From Callorhinchus milii (lineage: Eukaryota): 64,000 bases of DNA. Position 1 is the stretch's first letter, and every line of letters begins with the position of its first letter. Shown piece by piece: positions 51,490 through 64,000 of the stretch. The DNA is taken from contig NW_024704742.1 of the NCBI RefSeq assembly GCF_018977255.1, positions 73,658,001 through 73,722,000 of the forward strand, read 5' to 3'. The notes under the pieces were generated by a model that was not told the origin of the DNA, did no database searches, and was given only the letters and a program-made list of their open reading frames with translations. The position numbers and the translations under genes are program-made.

Positions 51490-51905
51490 ATAATAATAAT
51501 CCTTGCATTTGATATAATGCCTCATCACGCCATCAAGGCATCTCAAACTGCTTCACAGGATATACTGTAAGTGGATTAGCTGTGTATTTGTGGGTGAAAC
51601 ATGGTAGCCAGTTGCACACAGCAATGCCCCACAAACACCCTGGATTGAGTGACCAATTTTATTTATTGGCCAGGACACCGGGAGACAGAGCTCCTTTCTC
51701 TTTCGAATAGTGCCATGGATCTTTAACATTCACCTGAACAGGCAGAAAGACCTAGGTTTAACATCTCATCCAAAGGACAGCACCTCCAACAATGCAACAT
51801 ATCCCCAGCACTGCATTAGATAGACTATGTGATTTCAAGTCCCGATGTGGGACTTGAACCCATAACCTTCTAACTCAGAGGCGAGAATACTACCACTGCG
51901 CAAGG
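51490..51905 (-). mobile_element. SINE family A, full length
   Basis: Minus strand head cagtggtagtattctcgcctctgagttagaagg..ggttcaagtcc through the (ATT)n tail. Confidence 0.9.
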
Positions 51906-51906
51906 A

Positions 51907-52640
51907 CAACAACAACAACAAAATTATATTTATAGAGCGCCTTTCACATCAGGAGGATGTCCCAAGGCACTGGACAGTCAGGGGTCAGGACCCGAGCATG
52001 GGGGAGGGGTGGGGTAGGGGTGAGGGAAGGCAGAGAGGTGGGAGAGCGACAGAAGGCACGATCAAAGACGAGGGTCTTGAGACCGGCCTTGAAGGAGGCA
52101 AGGGAGGAAGCGAGGTGAAGGGATGGAGTTCCAGAGTGTGGGGGCAGAGAGGCTGAAAGCTCGGTCACCGATGGTAGGGCGGGTCGGGCAGGAGAGATGG
52201 AGCAGGCCAGAGCCCATTGAATGGAGGGAGCGGGCAGGTTGGTAGGGGGTCAGCAGGTCAGAGAGGTAGGAGGGGCTAAGGCCATGGATGGCCTTGAAAG
52301 TGAGTACGATGATCTTGAATTCGATCCTCTGGGAGATGGAGAGCCAGTGGAGTCAGGCAAGGGTAGAAGTGATGGGGTGAGGGAGCCTGGTGCACGAGAG
52401 TACATGAGCTGCAGAGTTTTGGATGATCTGCAGCTTGTGAAGGAGTTGGGAAGGCCGATGAGGAGGGAATTTCCATAATCGAGCCTTGATGTGATGAACG
52501 CGTGGGTGAGATTTTGACAGCCTGAGGGGTAAGGCAGTGGTAGAGTCTGGCAATGTTGCAGAGGTGGTGGCAGGCAGTGCCGGTCATGGTGCGAATGTGG
52601 GGGAGGAAGGACAGTTCAAGATCACACAAGACACCCATGT
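51907..52640 (-). mobile_element. L2 LINE 3' end
   Basis: (TTG)n tail; FKAGLKTLVF, LQIIQNSAAHVL, VRNMGVL.D.ELSF..HI. Confidence 0.9.
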
Positions 52641-52849
52641 TCCTGACAGGCTTAGTGCGGTTCAGTCTCTGCCTGTATTGTCTTCCTGGGCATACCTCAA
52701 ACTTCGAATGTGAAGAATTGAATTCTGATCTCATTTCTAATTAGTTTATGTCTGATTTTAAGTTGATATTCCATTCCTTTAGTCAATATATCAAACGGAA
52801 AACTTATCTACTAGCTCACTTTTTAATTTCTTTTATTGTTTTAAGCCTC

Positions 52850-53960
52850 TCAATCCCATCGCCCCTAAATCTTCTTGACTCAAGGGAATATATCTCATTT
52901 AGCCATCCTACCCACATAGCTAAATCATTTTCTTCCAGGTTCTAATCTAGCGAATCATTGCTGGATGCCCTCCAAGGCTTGTCCATCATTCATACAATTG
53001 GTTGCCCAAAACTGAATACAGTGATTCAAATGAGATGTGTCCAGTTTAAATACACAACGGAACAGCAATTCTTTACTTTTATATTCCAGATCCCTTATTA
53101 TAAAGCCCAGTGTTACATGAACCTCATTGTTTGGTTACTTTACCTGTGATGTTTTAATGATTTAATAATTTATAGATGTAGACCCTAAGTCCCTCTGATT
53201 ATCTATCTCTCAGAAAGCTTTTACATTTAGAAAGTTCTCATCTGCCATTTTTGTGTCCAAAGTTTACTACCTCATACTTTGCTACGTTAAACTTCTCCTG
53301 TCATAATTCTATCCTCTCAGTTAATCTGTCTAAATTCTGTAACAATTTGCTGCTGTTTTTTTCACAGCAAACTTTGAAATCCTGCTCTCTATTCCTACAT
53401 CCAGGTCATTTTGATAAATGGGGAAAAGCTGAAGACCCACCACCAGTCTCCAAAGGACATCACTTGTCATTGTTATGTAGGGGATGCCCTTTATATCCCA
53501 ATTCTGCTTCCTACATCCCAAATAATTTCTTATCTATGACCCAATATTGCCTTCAAATTCATGTGCTTTACTTTAAGATAGTAAATAATAATAATCCTTG
53601 TATTTGATATAAGGCCTTATCACGTCTTCGAGATGTCTCAAAGTGTTTTACAGAATCCCTTATGCTTTCTGAAAACCCAAATAAACAACATCCATCAATC
53701 TTTCTTTGTTTAGGGATTCGCCTTTGCTCTTGACAAAACATGTTGAAATTGTGCTTTATCAGAAAATGCTCATGGTGGTTTGGAGTTTGTACTTGTACAA
53801 TTTCTCCAGCTCCTTGATGTGGCTACTGCAAATTGTTCATCTATCATAGCTATCACCATAATTAATGACTACTTAATTGGAGATTTTTGTGCAAAGATGT
53901 ATCTTTGCCGCTTTTGATGCCAGAATGCACATCAAAACCTAGATTATCTACCATAATAGA
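52850..53960 (-). mobile_element. Decayed CR1 RT, containing a SINE tail at 53585-53657
   Basis: ccaaaactgaatacagtg (CIQFW), NDLDVGIESRISKFA, ctgaaaacccaaataaacaacatc (DVVYLGFQ). Confidence 0.75.
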
Positions 53961-54544
53961 GGGGAGCCACCCCGTGGATAATTTAAATTGACAAATAATC
54001 AAAGATTTATTGCATTATCTCGAAGGTTTGATACTTGAGATAAAAACAGAAATCTACCTTTGGAGTCTGGGGTTGTGTTTGTTGCTGTTAGGTTAAATAC
54101 AAGGATAAATATAATACAAAACATTAGAACTCTTGCTATCAGATTTTTTTTAACAAAAATGTATTTAGTTATATAGTAAAACATCACATATCCACATGCT
54201 AAATAGCCATCAGACTGCATATTTACAGCAATAGGTAAATAAAGTTGGGCAGAATTGTTCAGAGAAAATCTATAATTGCATATGTATGAGTATTTTCCCA
54301 TTTGAACAGGGAGCATGAGGTACAGAGATCTAATATCGGTAGAGTGTAGTGAGACAGAGACAGTCAAAAAGAGAACATAAGTGAGAGAGAGGAGAGAAAG
54401 TGTGAAAGATAAGGAGAAAAGCTGATGTAGTAAGTACAGTGCGATTGTAACAAAATAACTCCTGAATTAAGACAATTTGGTTTAGTATCTGTATTTAGTC
54501 TGATGGCCTGATATGCATTGCGTTTACATATCTAGCCAGTGTCA

Positions 54545-54780
54545 GTCTGGCTCAGTTGGTAGCTTTTGTGTCAAAAGTTATGGGATCAAACCCCACATAC
54601 GGATTTTGAACTCAGTCTAGGGCTGACAATCCAGTGCAGTGGTGGAGGTGCTATGTTGGAGATTCTGTTCTTTAGATGAGACATTAAACTGAGATCCCAT
54701 TTGTCTGTCCAGGTGGTTGTTAAGGATTCCATGGCACAGTTCAAAAACAGAACTGTTTGGGTCACAGTGCTGTGCCAAAG
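54545..54780 (+). mobile_element. SINE family A, 5' portion
   Basis: tggctcagttggtagc box A and the ggctgacaatccagtgcag body. Confidence 0.8.
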
Positions 54781-56006
54781 TAGATTTTTTTAGACAACAT
54801 TTGACTAAAAATACATTTTATAATGTATTTTTTATTATGCTTCCAGTGAATCCTGGCATTCCATTCTCATAGAAATGTCCATGTGTACATATGTGGAACT
54901 CCCAATTTGGTTTGATTACTCTTAAACATGATGATCAATATCCAGATGTGTTGGACACCCAGCTGATCCAGAAAATTAAAATTTTCAGCTTACTGTCATC
55001 GCCAAACCATGGGCAAGAAATGGAGCTAGAAACCTACAAAAAGCTTTTTGTAAAAAAGAATCTGTGAGACCAGATGGAGGAACACAGTTATTTGTAGGGA
55101 TGATATGTTGGGTGTCTAAAGCGAAAACAAAATAATAATAATAAAAGAGGAGATGGCAAAAGCAATAGGAGTGCAAATTAGCAATGCAAAGGAAAAAGTA
55201 GTCATTGACAACTGCTAGCAAACATCAGCACAAGTGAAACAGATAAAAAGATAGCAGTTTAGGAATCATGGTGGGTTTCAATACTCTGTGGGGGAAATTC
55301 ATATACTAGGGACAACAGGAACGGAGAAGTGAGAAGGAATTTAACAGAGATAATCTTCAGGTTCCTAGATAAGGATACTCAAGTAGATGCTAGATTTGAT
55401 TTATTATTTAGCAGTCCATTAGAACAGATTAACAACATGGAAGTTGGGTAAATACCTATGTTCCAATGGTAAGTGTATAATTAAATTTATTGTATTTAGT
55501 AAATTCTGAGCTTTTTTTTTTACCTTTAAGGGGGCAGAAAGTCTATTGTCAACTTTGATGTTAGTACTCAATCAAACCAGTATTCAACATCAAAATTTGT
55601 TGCTAGTGCTCAACTTTCTGAACTGTGTCCAATTATAGACTTATCCTTCATTGCTATTACTGGAAGAATATGGCAGCTTTTCAACAAACACACTTATAAC
55701 CGAGTTTATTAAACCATAGTAGAGTATTTAATTGGATATAACAGAACAAATGTTTGATGAAATCTCTTAAATATGTTACTTATCGGCGACCAAATTTTTT
55801 CTCCCTCATGGTATAGTTCTGCATTCCGAGGAAGTCCCAGTGGTGTAGTGGATAGAGTTGCAGAAGAGATTAGGAACTCACTGATTCAAATGCTTTTGCT
55901 CATCTTATTAGCTCGTGGTTGTATTGGCTGAAAGTGGTTGGTGGGGGGAGAGTGGACGGGGAGAGAATAGAGGTTCCTGGTCCCCCTGTAGCACAACGTC
56001 TATTGG

Positions 56007-56037
<31 letters not shown>

Positions 56038-56042
56038 CGTGT
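56007..56042 (+). repeat. (GT)n microsatellite
   Basis: GT run ending in GTGC units, read directly. Confidence 0.92.
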
Positions 56043-57426
56043 CTGTGATAGGGGCAGGGCAGGCGCAAGATCAAATGCAAGAATCCGATTACTGCACCAA
56101 AATCATTTAGCCTAATTATCACCTAATGTTCTTTACAATCTGTCGCTGTAACTAAATTAATGAAAGATCAAGAGAGAAAGACAATCCACACACCCCGTTT
56201 CCTAAATTTTTTTAAGATTTATATACAATTCCTTTAGACTTCTGAACAGCCCGGGTTGTGATAATGTTAAATAAAACGGTATATTTCAGCTATTTGGAAC
56301 TGTGCATCCTTTAGCTTCGGTGAAGAAAAAATAGATTTCTACTACAGGAAGGAAGCTATTATCTAAAGAGATCACAAGGCAGTATAAAATTAACTTACTT
56401 CCTGCAACCATTTTTGTACTAGTAAGAATAATACAATAAATTTATAAATCTTAAAACATTTGGTTTAATTTCGTTTAAAAACTGTTAACCTTTTCTATGC
56501 TACGCTAAAATTGATTTGCGAATTGCAAAAATAAAGCTTGAATCACTGACAACATACAGTGGAGCCTTGAGATCATTTTGTTTTAAAAAGGTATGGTAAT
56601 GTAGAATTGTGAGAAATTCTTGATTTCATTCTTTAATTTGTAAAATGGATCTTTTTAATAGCTGTGGAAAAATCAAATTGTGAATTAAGGCAAAATTGAA
56701 GGATTTTACACAATTCTGAGCAATCTTAATTTTAAGAAAAACAATCTGCAGATGAAGACCAAGTGGGTTTTCAAGACATAAGACATCTAATAATTTCAGT
56801 GTAAAGAAAACATGAAAGGATCTGGACCTATGTAAATGCCAAAACCAATGTAAATGTCATACTCAGCACCAATCATCCTAGTTTTTATCCCAGGAAAATG
56901 TACAGAAAAGAAGAGGTATTATAGTTTTAACAGATTTATTTTTCTTCCTCTTTGGATACTGGAATAATCCCACCTCTGAACAGCATTTCTACTGAACAGC
57001 AAGCGAAATGCAAGTACAAGTACAAACCAACCAGGTGTACCACACTTCAGGATAGCACGGATTGGCTTATAGCGCAGTCATATCTTGGACTAGAGATGTA
57101 CTGAAAATTAATTACATTTTTGACTTCCAGGGCTGACTGGTTGGCTTCTTGTGCACAAGCACGGAACATCTCATGCAAGATAATGTCATCCACAAAATAT
57201 ACATGTCAATTCACTTTACAGTATATTCTGTGAAGCGCTTTGAGACATCTCAACGATGTGATAATTATTATTATTATTATCATCATCAGTAGTGGCTAAA
57301 GAACTTGGAAGCATTGACTAGTGCCATTTTGTACCGTACCTCGATCAAGTGGAGCTAGCAAGAACAAGTGTGGTGGGGGTACAGAATGTAGTGCAGGTGA
57401 GTATGCAGACAGTGGAGTTTTAGATT

Positions 57427-57530
57427 AATAATAATAATAATAATAATCCTTGCATTTGATATAGCGCTTTTCACGTCTTCTAGACGTCCCAAAGCGCTTC
57501 ACAGAATATACTGTAAAGTGAATTGACTGT
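57427..57530 (-). mobile_element. SINE family B 3' end (5'-truncated)
   Basis: (ATT)n plus a tail nearly identical to the 26762 copy. Confidence 0.88.
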
Positions 57531-58283
57531 GAATCAACTGGATTTCGTGCACGGTAGAGCTAGGGGGTCCAGTGAGGAGGGCATTTGAGAAGTTGGCAAG
57601 ATAAGCAGCGGGAAGCTGATCAGTCAGTATCCGTAATAATAATCCATGTCGTTTTAGTTGCTTAAATTATAGCAGTCCCCAAATGCAAACGTTGTGATCC
57701 CCAAAGTGGATCTTGACAACCTGTGCCTAATACTTTGGGGGATTAGGTAAGTAGAGCACGTCCCACCAGGGAGAGCTTGCAAACCGTGAGCCCGATCCTG
57801 TCATCAGCTGGGATGGATAAACAAGCATTTCCCAGGATGAACAATCACAGATTTTAATGCTGGGTTGTTAAATACCATTGTAGCATTCAAACCCCTACCC
57901 CACCTGAGACCAGTTAATTCAGAGCAGAGCTGGGACCATGGAATCTTATGGACTACATGGCTCAATTCCACAGTGACAAATGCCATTACCAAATAAGCTA
58001 CTGAGGAAGCATAAGATGTTGCTATATGTAATGTCAGTTTACACGCTTAAAAATAAAACCTCAGTAGTCAGTGTGCATTCCACTAAACACAAATCAAATG
58101 TTATAACTGCACGCTATGTACTATCCCTCATCAGATACCCCAAATCCAGCATAAAAATAGCCCTTTAATCACCAACACATTACTCAGCTAAAATTTATGA
58201 AAAAATAAATGTTTAAATGAAGATCAAAAACATTAGTTCTAATAAGTGGTTCTAAGTGTGCCCTACTGGAAAGGAGCAAGGCA

Positions 58284-58299
58284 TCGCCATCTAGTGGCC
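58284..58299 (-). promoter_or_regulatory. Candidate CTCF binding site in the intron after coding exon 1
   Basis: Minus strand GGCCACTAGATGGCGA closely matches the CTCF core CCACYAGRKGGCG; motif match only. Confidence 0.55.
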
Positions 58300-58540
58300 T
58301 GACTGAGAACTGATTAAACTCATTGAACTGAAAGTGAGTTAATAAACAAATATTCATGGGTTTTTAAGATCACAATTTCTGGCTGGAAGCCAAACACATT
58401 ACTATTAAAATCCCAGGTTTGCCATGACAAGTGTATTCATGTACCTGTACTTACATCAAAAATCATTCCTGTAAGAATTGTTCAAATGTTCCAACATAAC
58501 TCATAATTAATAGAATATAACAGATTTTCATTTTATGCTA

Positions 58541-58765
<225 letters not shown>

Positions 58766-58892
58766 TTAATATGAAGAAAGACCAAAATTCCACAAATAAA
58801 TTTTAAAGTCTATCTCATAAGCAGAACAAACCTGAAAATCCACCATTTTGCTGTGCATTCAAACAGTATCAGAAGAAACATTCTGCTAAACA

Positions 58893-61330
58893 ATTTTTTT
58901 TTGATCAAACAGGTGTCTGACACATGTGGAATCCCATGCTTAACAGTATCCAAGACAGAGTTCCACATACACATGCCATCTTTAGCATGTTTGATGGGAC
59001 GGGGGGAGGGGTGGGCGTAAGCTTCAGGACTCTTCTGTGGAGCTGAACTGGCTTGACAACTGGATGTCAGAAAACAGTTAATCCACTGTGGGGGTCTCAG
59101 TATTGTGGTTGCTGAGCCAGGCAGATCCACAATATTCAGGGCACTGCTGGTGACTGACCCGCTCATCAGCGGGGCTCCAAGGGGTAGCCCAGTGGAAACA
59201 ATAGTTGCCCTTAGTTTGCCTTTCCAAGTTTTGCCGATGAGCCTGGTTGTCTGATCTGTCATCAGTCCTGCTCTGGGATATTGTGGACTCCTGTCTGTTT
59301 CAGGAAACAGCCTATCAAGACAGTCACAGAGAACTCACTCAATTCCTACAATCCACAGCCACCTCAAATCCAAAGAGATCCCACTTAGCTCCCCCAAGAA
59401 TGATAATCACTAGTTGGTCATTTGAAATCCATCCTCATTAGGTGGATATCACATATCAGGATCTTCCTTCCTGCAAGCTTTGTCATGTCATGCATGAGAG
59501 CATTCCCACCATACTCCTGCCCACAACTCAAACATGCATTCATTCAGTCAATGGATCCACCATTTGAAAGTGTGCAGCTTGAGTAGCACCTCACCTCCAT
59601 ATAGCCAAATGAAGGTCCTGATATATGAGCATATGTTCACAAACCCTAACTCCAGGTAACATCTTCCAGCAGCTGTGTCCCAAGCCTCAGAGTTTCATTA
59701 GCTATTTGATAAGACATCTATCTACGTTCAGCGTGGTGGGAGAACCTATGCCAGACACCTTGATGTTCTACAGGTCAAAATCCAATGACGCATATGAGGT
59801 TTACTTGACACCGACTGCTTAATCCAGGTCCTCATCTGACGGACATACGCAAATACACACACCTGCCATGAAGCTGACTTTGGCTAAAGGATGCTCAGCC
59901 ACAGATCAGTGTGGGCCAGAGCCCCTGCTGCCACTTCCCTTTTTGTACTACAAATCTAGCGCACTCCATAGTTCTCGACTTCGAAAATGCACCAAAGTAA
60001 ATCCATCCACTGCATGCACAGGAGCTCGGAATTCTATTTGGACACGCATCTTATACCCCACAAGCTTATTTGTGTTAGGACTTTGTTGTCATTAAAAAAA
60101 AAACAAGAATAATCAGTGTGTCCTTTATTTCTCCTCAGCATGGTTCCAAAATAATTTCCAAGTACAAAAAAGTGTTCACCATGGCTCCTCACATAGAATA
60201 TGAATAAACAATTGAGATGGATCACCCTTCTCTTTTAAATAATATTGTAATCAAGTATTCCATGCATCCCACCTTTTCATGGAAATTCCAGAGAAATTTA
60301 TTAGAATGAATGCACACTCATTCCCCGGAGAGATGCATCCTGCTTACCTAATTCATTGAATCGGGTGGGTGCCAATGGGCAGCCCTGCCTTACCCCTCTT
60401 TCAAGGGGCATAGGCTCAGTGAGTCCACCATCAACCCTGACATGGATCTTGGAACTGGAATACACATTCTGGATAAGATCCAAGATTTGGCCATGTATTC
60501 CACGGCTTCCTGTTTCATCACGAAGGCATCATGATGCATTCGGTTGAAAGCCTTACAGAAATCGATGAAATCTGTAGTTCTCGGTCCCACGAGGGCCCCT
60601 CTCTGGTCGATATAAATCACAATTTCATTCTAGAATACTGATGGAGTGCATGCTGTAGAGAAAGTTCTGTTGACCAGCCCAAGTAGACAGCTCAAAGGTG
60701 AGTTGGAGGTTCCTGGCTTGGGTCTGGAAGGTCCTCGCTGTTCTCCATCCCTCCCCTCAGTGCAGCTTTTAGGAACTCAGCATTAATACTGTCTGCATCT
60801 GCTCCTTGTTACTGGCAAGGCACCACAGTGCAGTCTCCCTCGCCAAAACAGATTGGGTCATTAAGACCTTCATCAACTCATCCACATCTTCTGCCAGCTC
60901 TTCCTGTTCATGCAGATGGATCACTGCTACGGCTTGTTGGATCAGATGGCAACTCTGCATAATGCTCTTCAAGACCCCAAGGATACCCTCAGTGGTCTGT
61001 TGTAGAATAATGGTCCTCTCCAACACTGACACTACCCCAGAGGGGTGCCTTCAGCATGACCAATAACAGACTTCATGAAGGAAGAATCAGAAATTTGGGA
61101 TTGTTCTTCTATAGTTGCACCCCTTTGTGGAATGATGCAACCCAATGATCCCACTTAATTTCTCTAATAACCTTCCTGGCTTCATGCTGTACTTGATCAT
61201 AAATTGGCTTCACTGCAGTTTTAGCTTAGTCCAAGGAAGATTCCAAAACCACTTTAAAGGCCCTCTTTATTTGCCTTGTAGCTCTCCTTCTATTTGTGGT
61301 TGCATTTTCAGGGTCCCTGGGGCACCCATT
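58893..61330 (-). mobile_element. Decayed L1/Tx1-clade LINE (RT through an A-rich 3' end)
   Basis: IDFCKAFNRMHH and VRVDGGLTEPMPLERGVRQGCPLAP RT motifs at ~60340-60570; A-run at the minus-strand 3' end near 58895; outer boundary uncertain. Confidence 0.7.
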
Positions 61331-61514
61331 ATCATGTCCCACTGAGTGGCTAAGTGCTCAAGATAGTGACTCCAACCCATGTGATCTCAAGGTGAGTGTG
61401 CTAACAGCACATCATCTGCAAACAAAAGGGCCACAATTCTAACAGAAATGAGGTAGTACCTTAGATTAATTGCCGAACATTAGGTAACCAATGAACAGGA
61501 GCCACAGTATTATA

Positions 61515-61625
61515 AAAAAAACAAAAGTCCTCCAGACACTGGAAATTTGAAACAAAAATGGAAAAATGTTGCAAATACCACAATTAGTGAGCAGTTGAAA
61601 GAGAGACAAGCTAATGTTTCAGATA
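61515..61625 (-). mobile_element. Highly decayed Penelope-type terminal fragment
   Basis: aaacaaaa..ccagacactggaaatttgaaacaaaaa resembles the reverse complement of 18190-18235. Confidence 0.45.
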
Positions 61626-62810
61626 GGAGCCTGAACAATTCCTGGTAGGCTCACAATAATTGCACCAATTTTTAATTCTCTCCAGGTGCCACAGGTTCCC
61701 ACTGCTTACCTAATGAAGTAGAAATTTGTTTTAAATCCAATTAATACCATTTAAAAGAACAAAACATGCCTGGCCAGCACCTGCATACTTTGCAGGGGAT
61801 AATCCAAAGCCTTCCACCTCTCTTGTTCCCAACTCCCTGCTGGTTCCAAATCCATGACTGTGCAGCGCCTTGGTACGTCCTCACAATGTGAAAGGTGCTA
61901 TACAAATGTAATTTGTTCTTGTTTATAAGATCTGTCAGTAAATTGTTTTAAAATAAGTACAGGATGCACCATTACTACCTTGGATAACAGCAAATCTCAA
62001 TCAGGTGCTTTTAAGGTCACACATATCTCCAAGTCACGGCTCTGCAAATAACCATGTTGGTGAGAACTACTGCGTAGATAGTAATTTGCAGATTCAACTG
62101 TATACTTCTCACATCTGAAGCATGTTAAACCTGATAATTCCACCTAGCTTTAGCCTGTGAGAATATCTTATCTGAAAAAGTAAGATTGCTTAGAATTGTG
62201 GAAAATTCCAAATTCAGCCTTGATTTGAAAGAACTATGGAAAATGTCTTCCAAATTGTAACTGAATTTAAGAATTTTCCACAATTCTATGTGATCTTACA
62301 TTTTTAGGTCAAAATTAATGTAACAGGTTAAGAATTTCAGGCTTAATGTGCTTTAGATATGAGGAGTATACAATTGACACTGCACATTACTCTCTGTGAG
62401 GTAGTTCTCGACAGCCAATCATTGTTACATTTTAGGATGAAATTGTCTCACAGGATAAGACTAGGTGAAATTAATGGCCTCAATTACCTCAATAAAAATG
62501 GACATTAAAATCTTAATAGAAATAAGATGGAGATGATTTTTGCTATTTCTCACAACCTCAAGAAGAGGTGATGCTTTGAATTTGCTGCATTAACTTTACT
62601 TATCAAAATTATATTGACAAGTAAAGAAACGCTTCACTTCAGTTGGAGAGTTAAGACGAGAATGCATGAAATTAAAACTGGAGCTCAGCCAATAATAGGA
62701 GAATCCAGAAAACATTCTTTTCTGGGGGGTCAAGAGAAACATGGAATGAACCGCCCCAGAAGGCCATATATAAAAAATTGTTGTTTGAGGCATTCAAGGC
62801 AGAAACATAC

Positions 62811-63064
62811 ATAATAATAATAATAATAATCCTTGCATTTGATATAGCGCTTTTCACGTCGGGAGGACGTCCCAAAGCGCTTCACAGAATATACTGTAAA
62901 GTGAGTTGACTGTATATTTGTGGGCGAACGCGGCAGCCAATTGCGCACAGCAATGTCCCACAAACAGTCGTAGATTGAAAATGACCAATTTAATTATTGT
63001 TTTTTGGTTTTTTTGGAGGGATTATTATTAGGCGTGTGGAGTAAGGAAACTTGCCCAAGGTTTC
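62811..63064 (-). mobile_element. SINE family B, short form, lacking the tRNA head
   Basis: Nearly identical to 32117-32355; truncated at aaaccttgggcaag. Confidence 0.9.
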
Positions 63065-63519
63065 CACAAACAAAGATACTTGGAAGTAAGAATATTAAGG
63101 AAAACAGGGAAAGGAAAATGGAATGATAGAATGGCCATAGACTTAATGTGTGTACAGGCTCACAGGCCAAATATTTCACTCTTGCTCCTATAAACACTGC
63201 AATTTTCTACTTTAGGTTTCCATCACAATATATCTTTCCATCAAAATATATCTTCCGACTAACATCTTGACGGTTAGAATGAGCTGGATGAGAGCAGCTT
63301 GTTTATGTGCAGCACAAGTGTTATTAGGTAGGATTATCATGGTCACATAACAAAAGAAAATTGGTCAATATGAACATGCTATGATACAAATCTGATCTTG
63401 CTCCCTCTCTTTCATTTAATTTCCACTCAAGCGTGAGGATTAATAACAATGTTGGGAAATCCAAACGGGGGCACATTGATTAAAAACCCAAATGCCATTG
63501 CCACTCCTAATGCAATACC

Positions 63520-63716
63520 AAGCCAAAGAAAGGGAATTTCTTCGGTTGTCTTGGCCAACAATCCTCCAGATAAATTGGTCATTTACTTCATGGCTGTGAG
63601 ACGCCAATATGCACAAATTATCTGCTACATCTGTCTACAAGTACTACACTTGACAACCTGTGAAGTACGTTGAGGCATTATAGGTGCTATAGCAAATGCA
63701 GGAGTTATAATTATTA
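63520..63716 (+). mobile_element. SINE family A 3' portion, decayed
   Basis: ttggccaacaatcc..aaattggtcatt..catggctgt..aaatgcaggagttataattatt. Confidence 0.65.
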
Positions 63717-64000
63717 GTAACTAAACACAATACAAAATAGTGTTTCATTAAAAAATTATATACAGGTCCTGCTTCGAGTAATCATCAAGTGTTTTATACG
63801 TAATGAAACAAGTAATAAAACAATGCAATATGTATTCCTCATTTACTTTACCAAAAGTCAAATGATTTTGTCCATTAAATTCATAGGCAAGAATGCAGGT
63901 CTGGTTCTTCAAAATGCCCTGCTGTTTTCAATTCCCCAATACGATGAATGGTAGCGCACATTACCATTAAATGATATCAGTTTAAAATGTAAAATCTGAG

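Overview
Vertebrate genomic DNA, AT-rich and repeat-dense. The repeat set (tRNA-headed Deu-domain SINEs, L2, CR1, Tx1-like LINEs, Penelope-type ends) suggests a cartilaginous fish, possibly a chimaera (inference). The one recognisable gene is PCGF3 (Polycomb group RING finger 3) on the minus strand. All 8 coding exons were traced by hand (109+97+56+111+89+138+81+48 = 729 nt, 242 aa plus stop, all GT-AG, phases consistent) from ATG at 58657 to TGA at 12802, with a probable ~2.55 kb 3' UTR. The promoter is not visible in the window. Most other listed ORFs are retroelement debris or noise. I do not see a new multi-gene system. The best leads are: a recursive-splice-site-like start of PCGF3 coding exon 6; an L2 LINE with twin-priming-like inversion topology; a young TIR element with an 8-bp TSD; a modular CORE-like + Deu SINE with a deletion subfamily and strand bias; a 48-bp hairpin whose only mismatches are G:U; decayed minimal hammerhead ribozymes; and a cluster of miR-30 seed sites in the UTR. 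Repeat boundaries were read by eye and are approximate.
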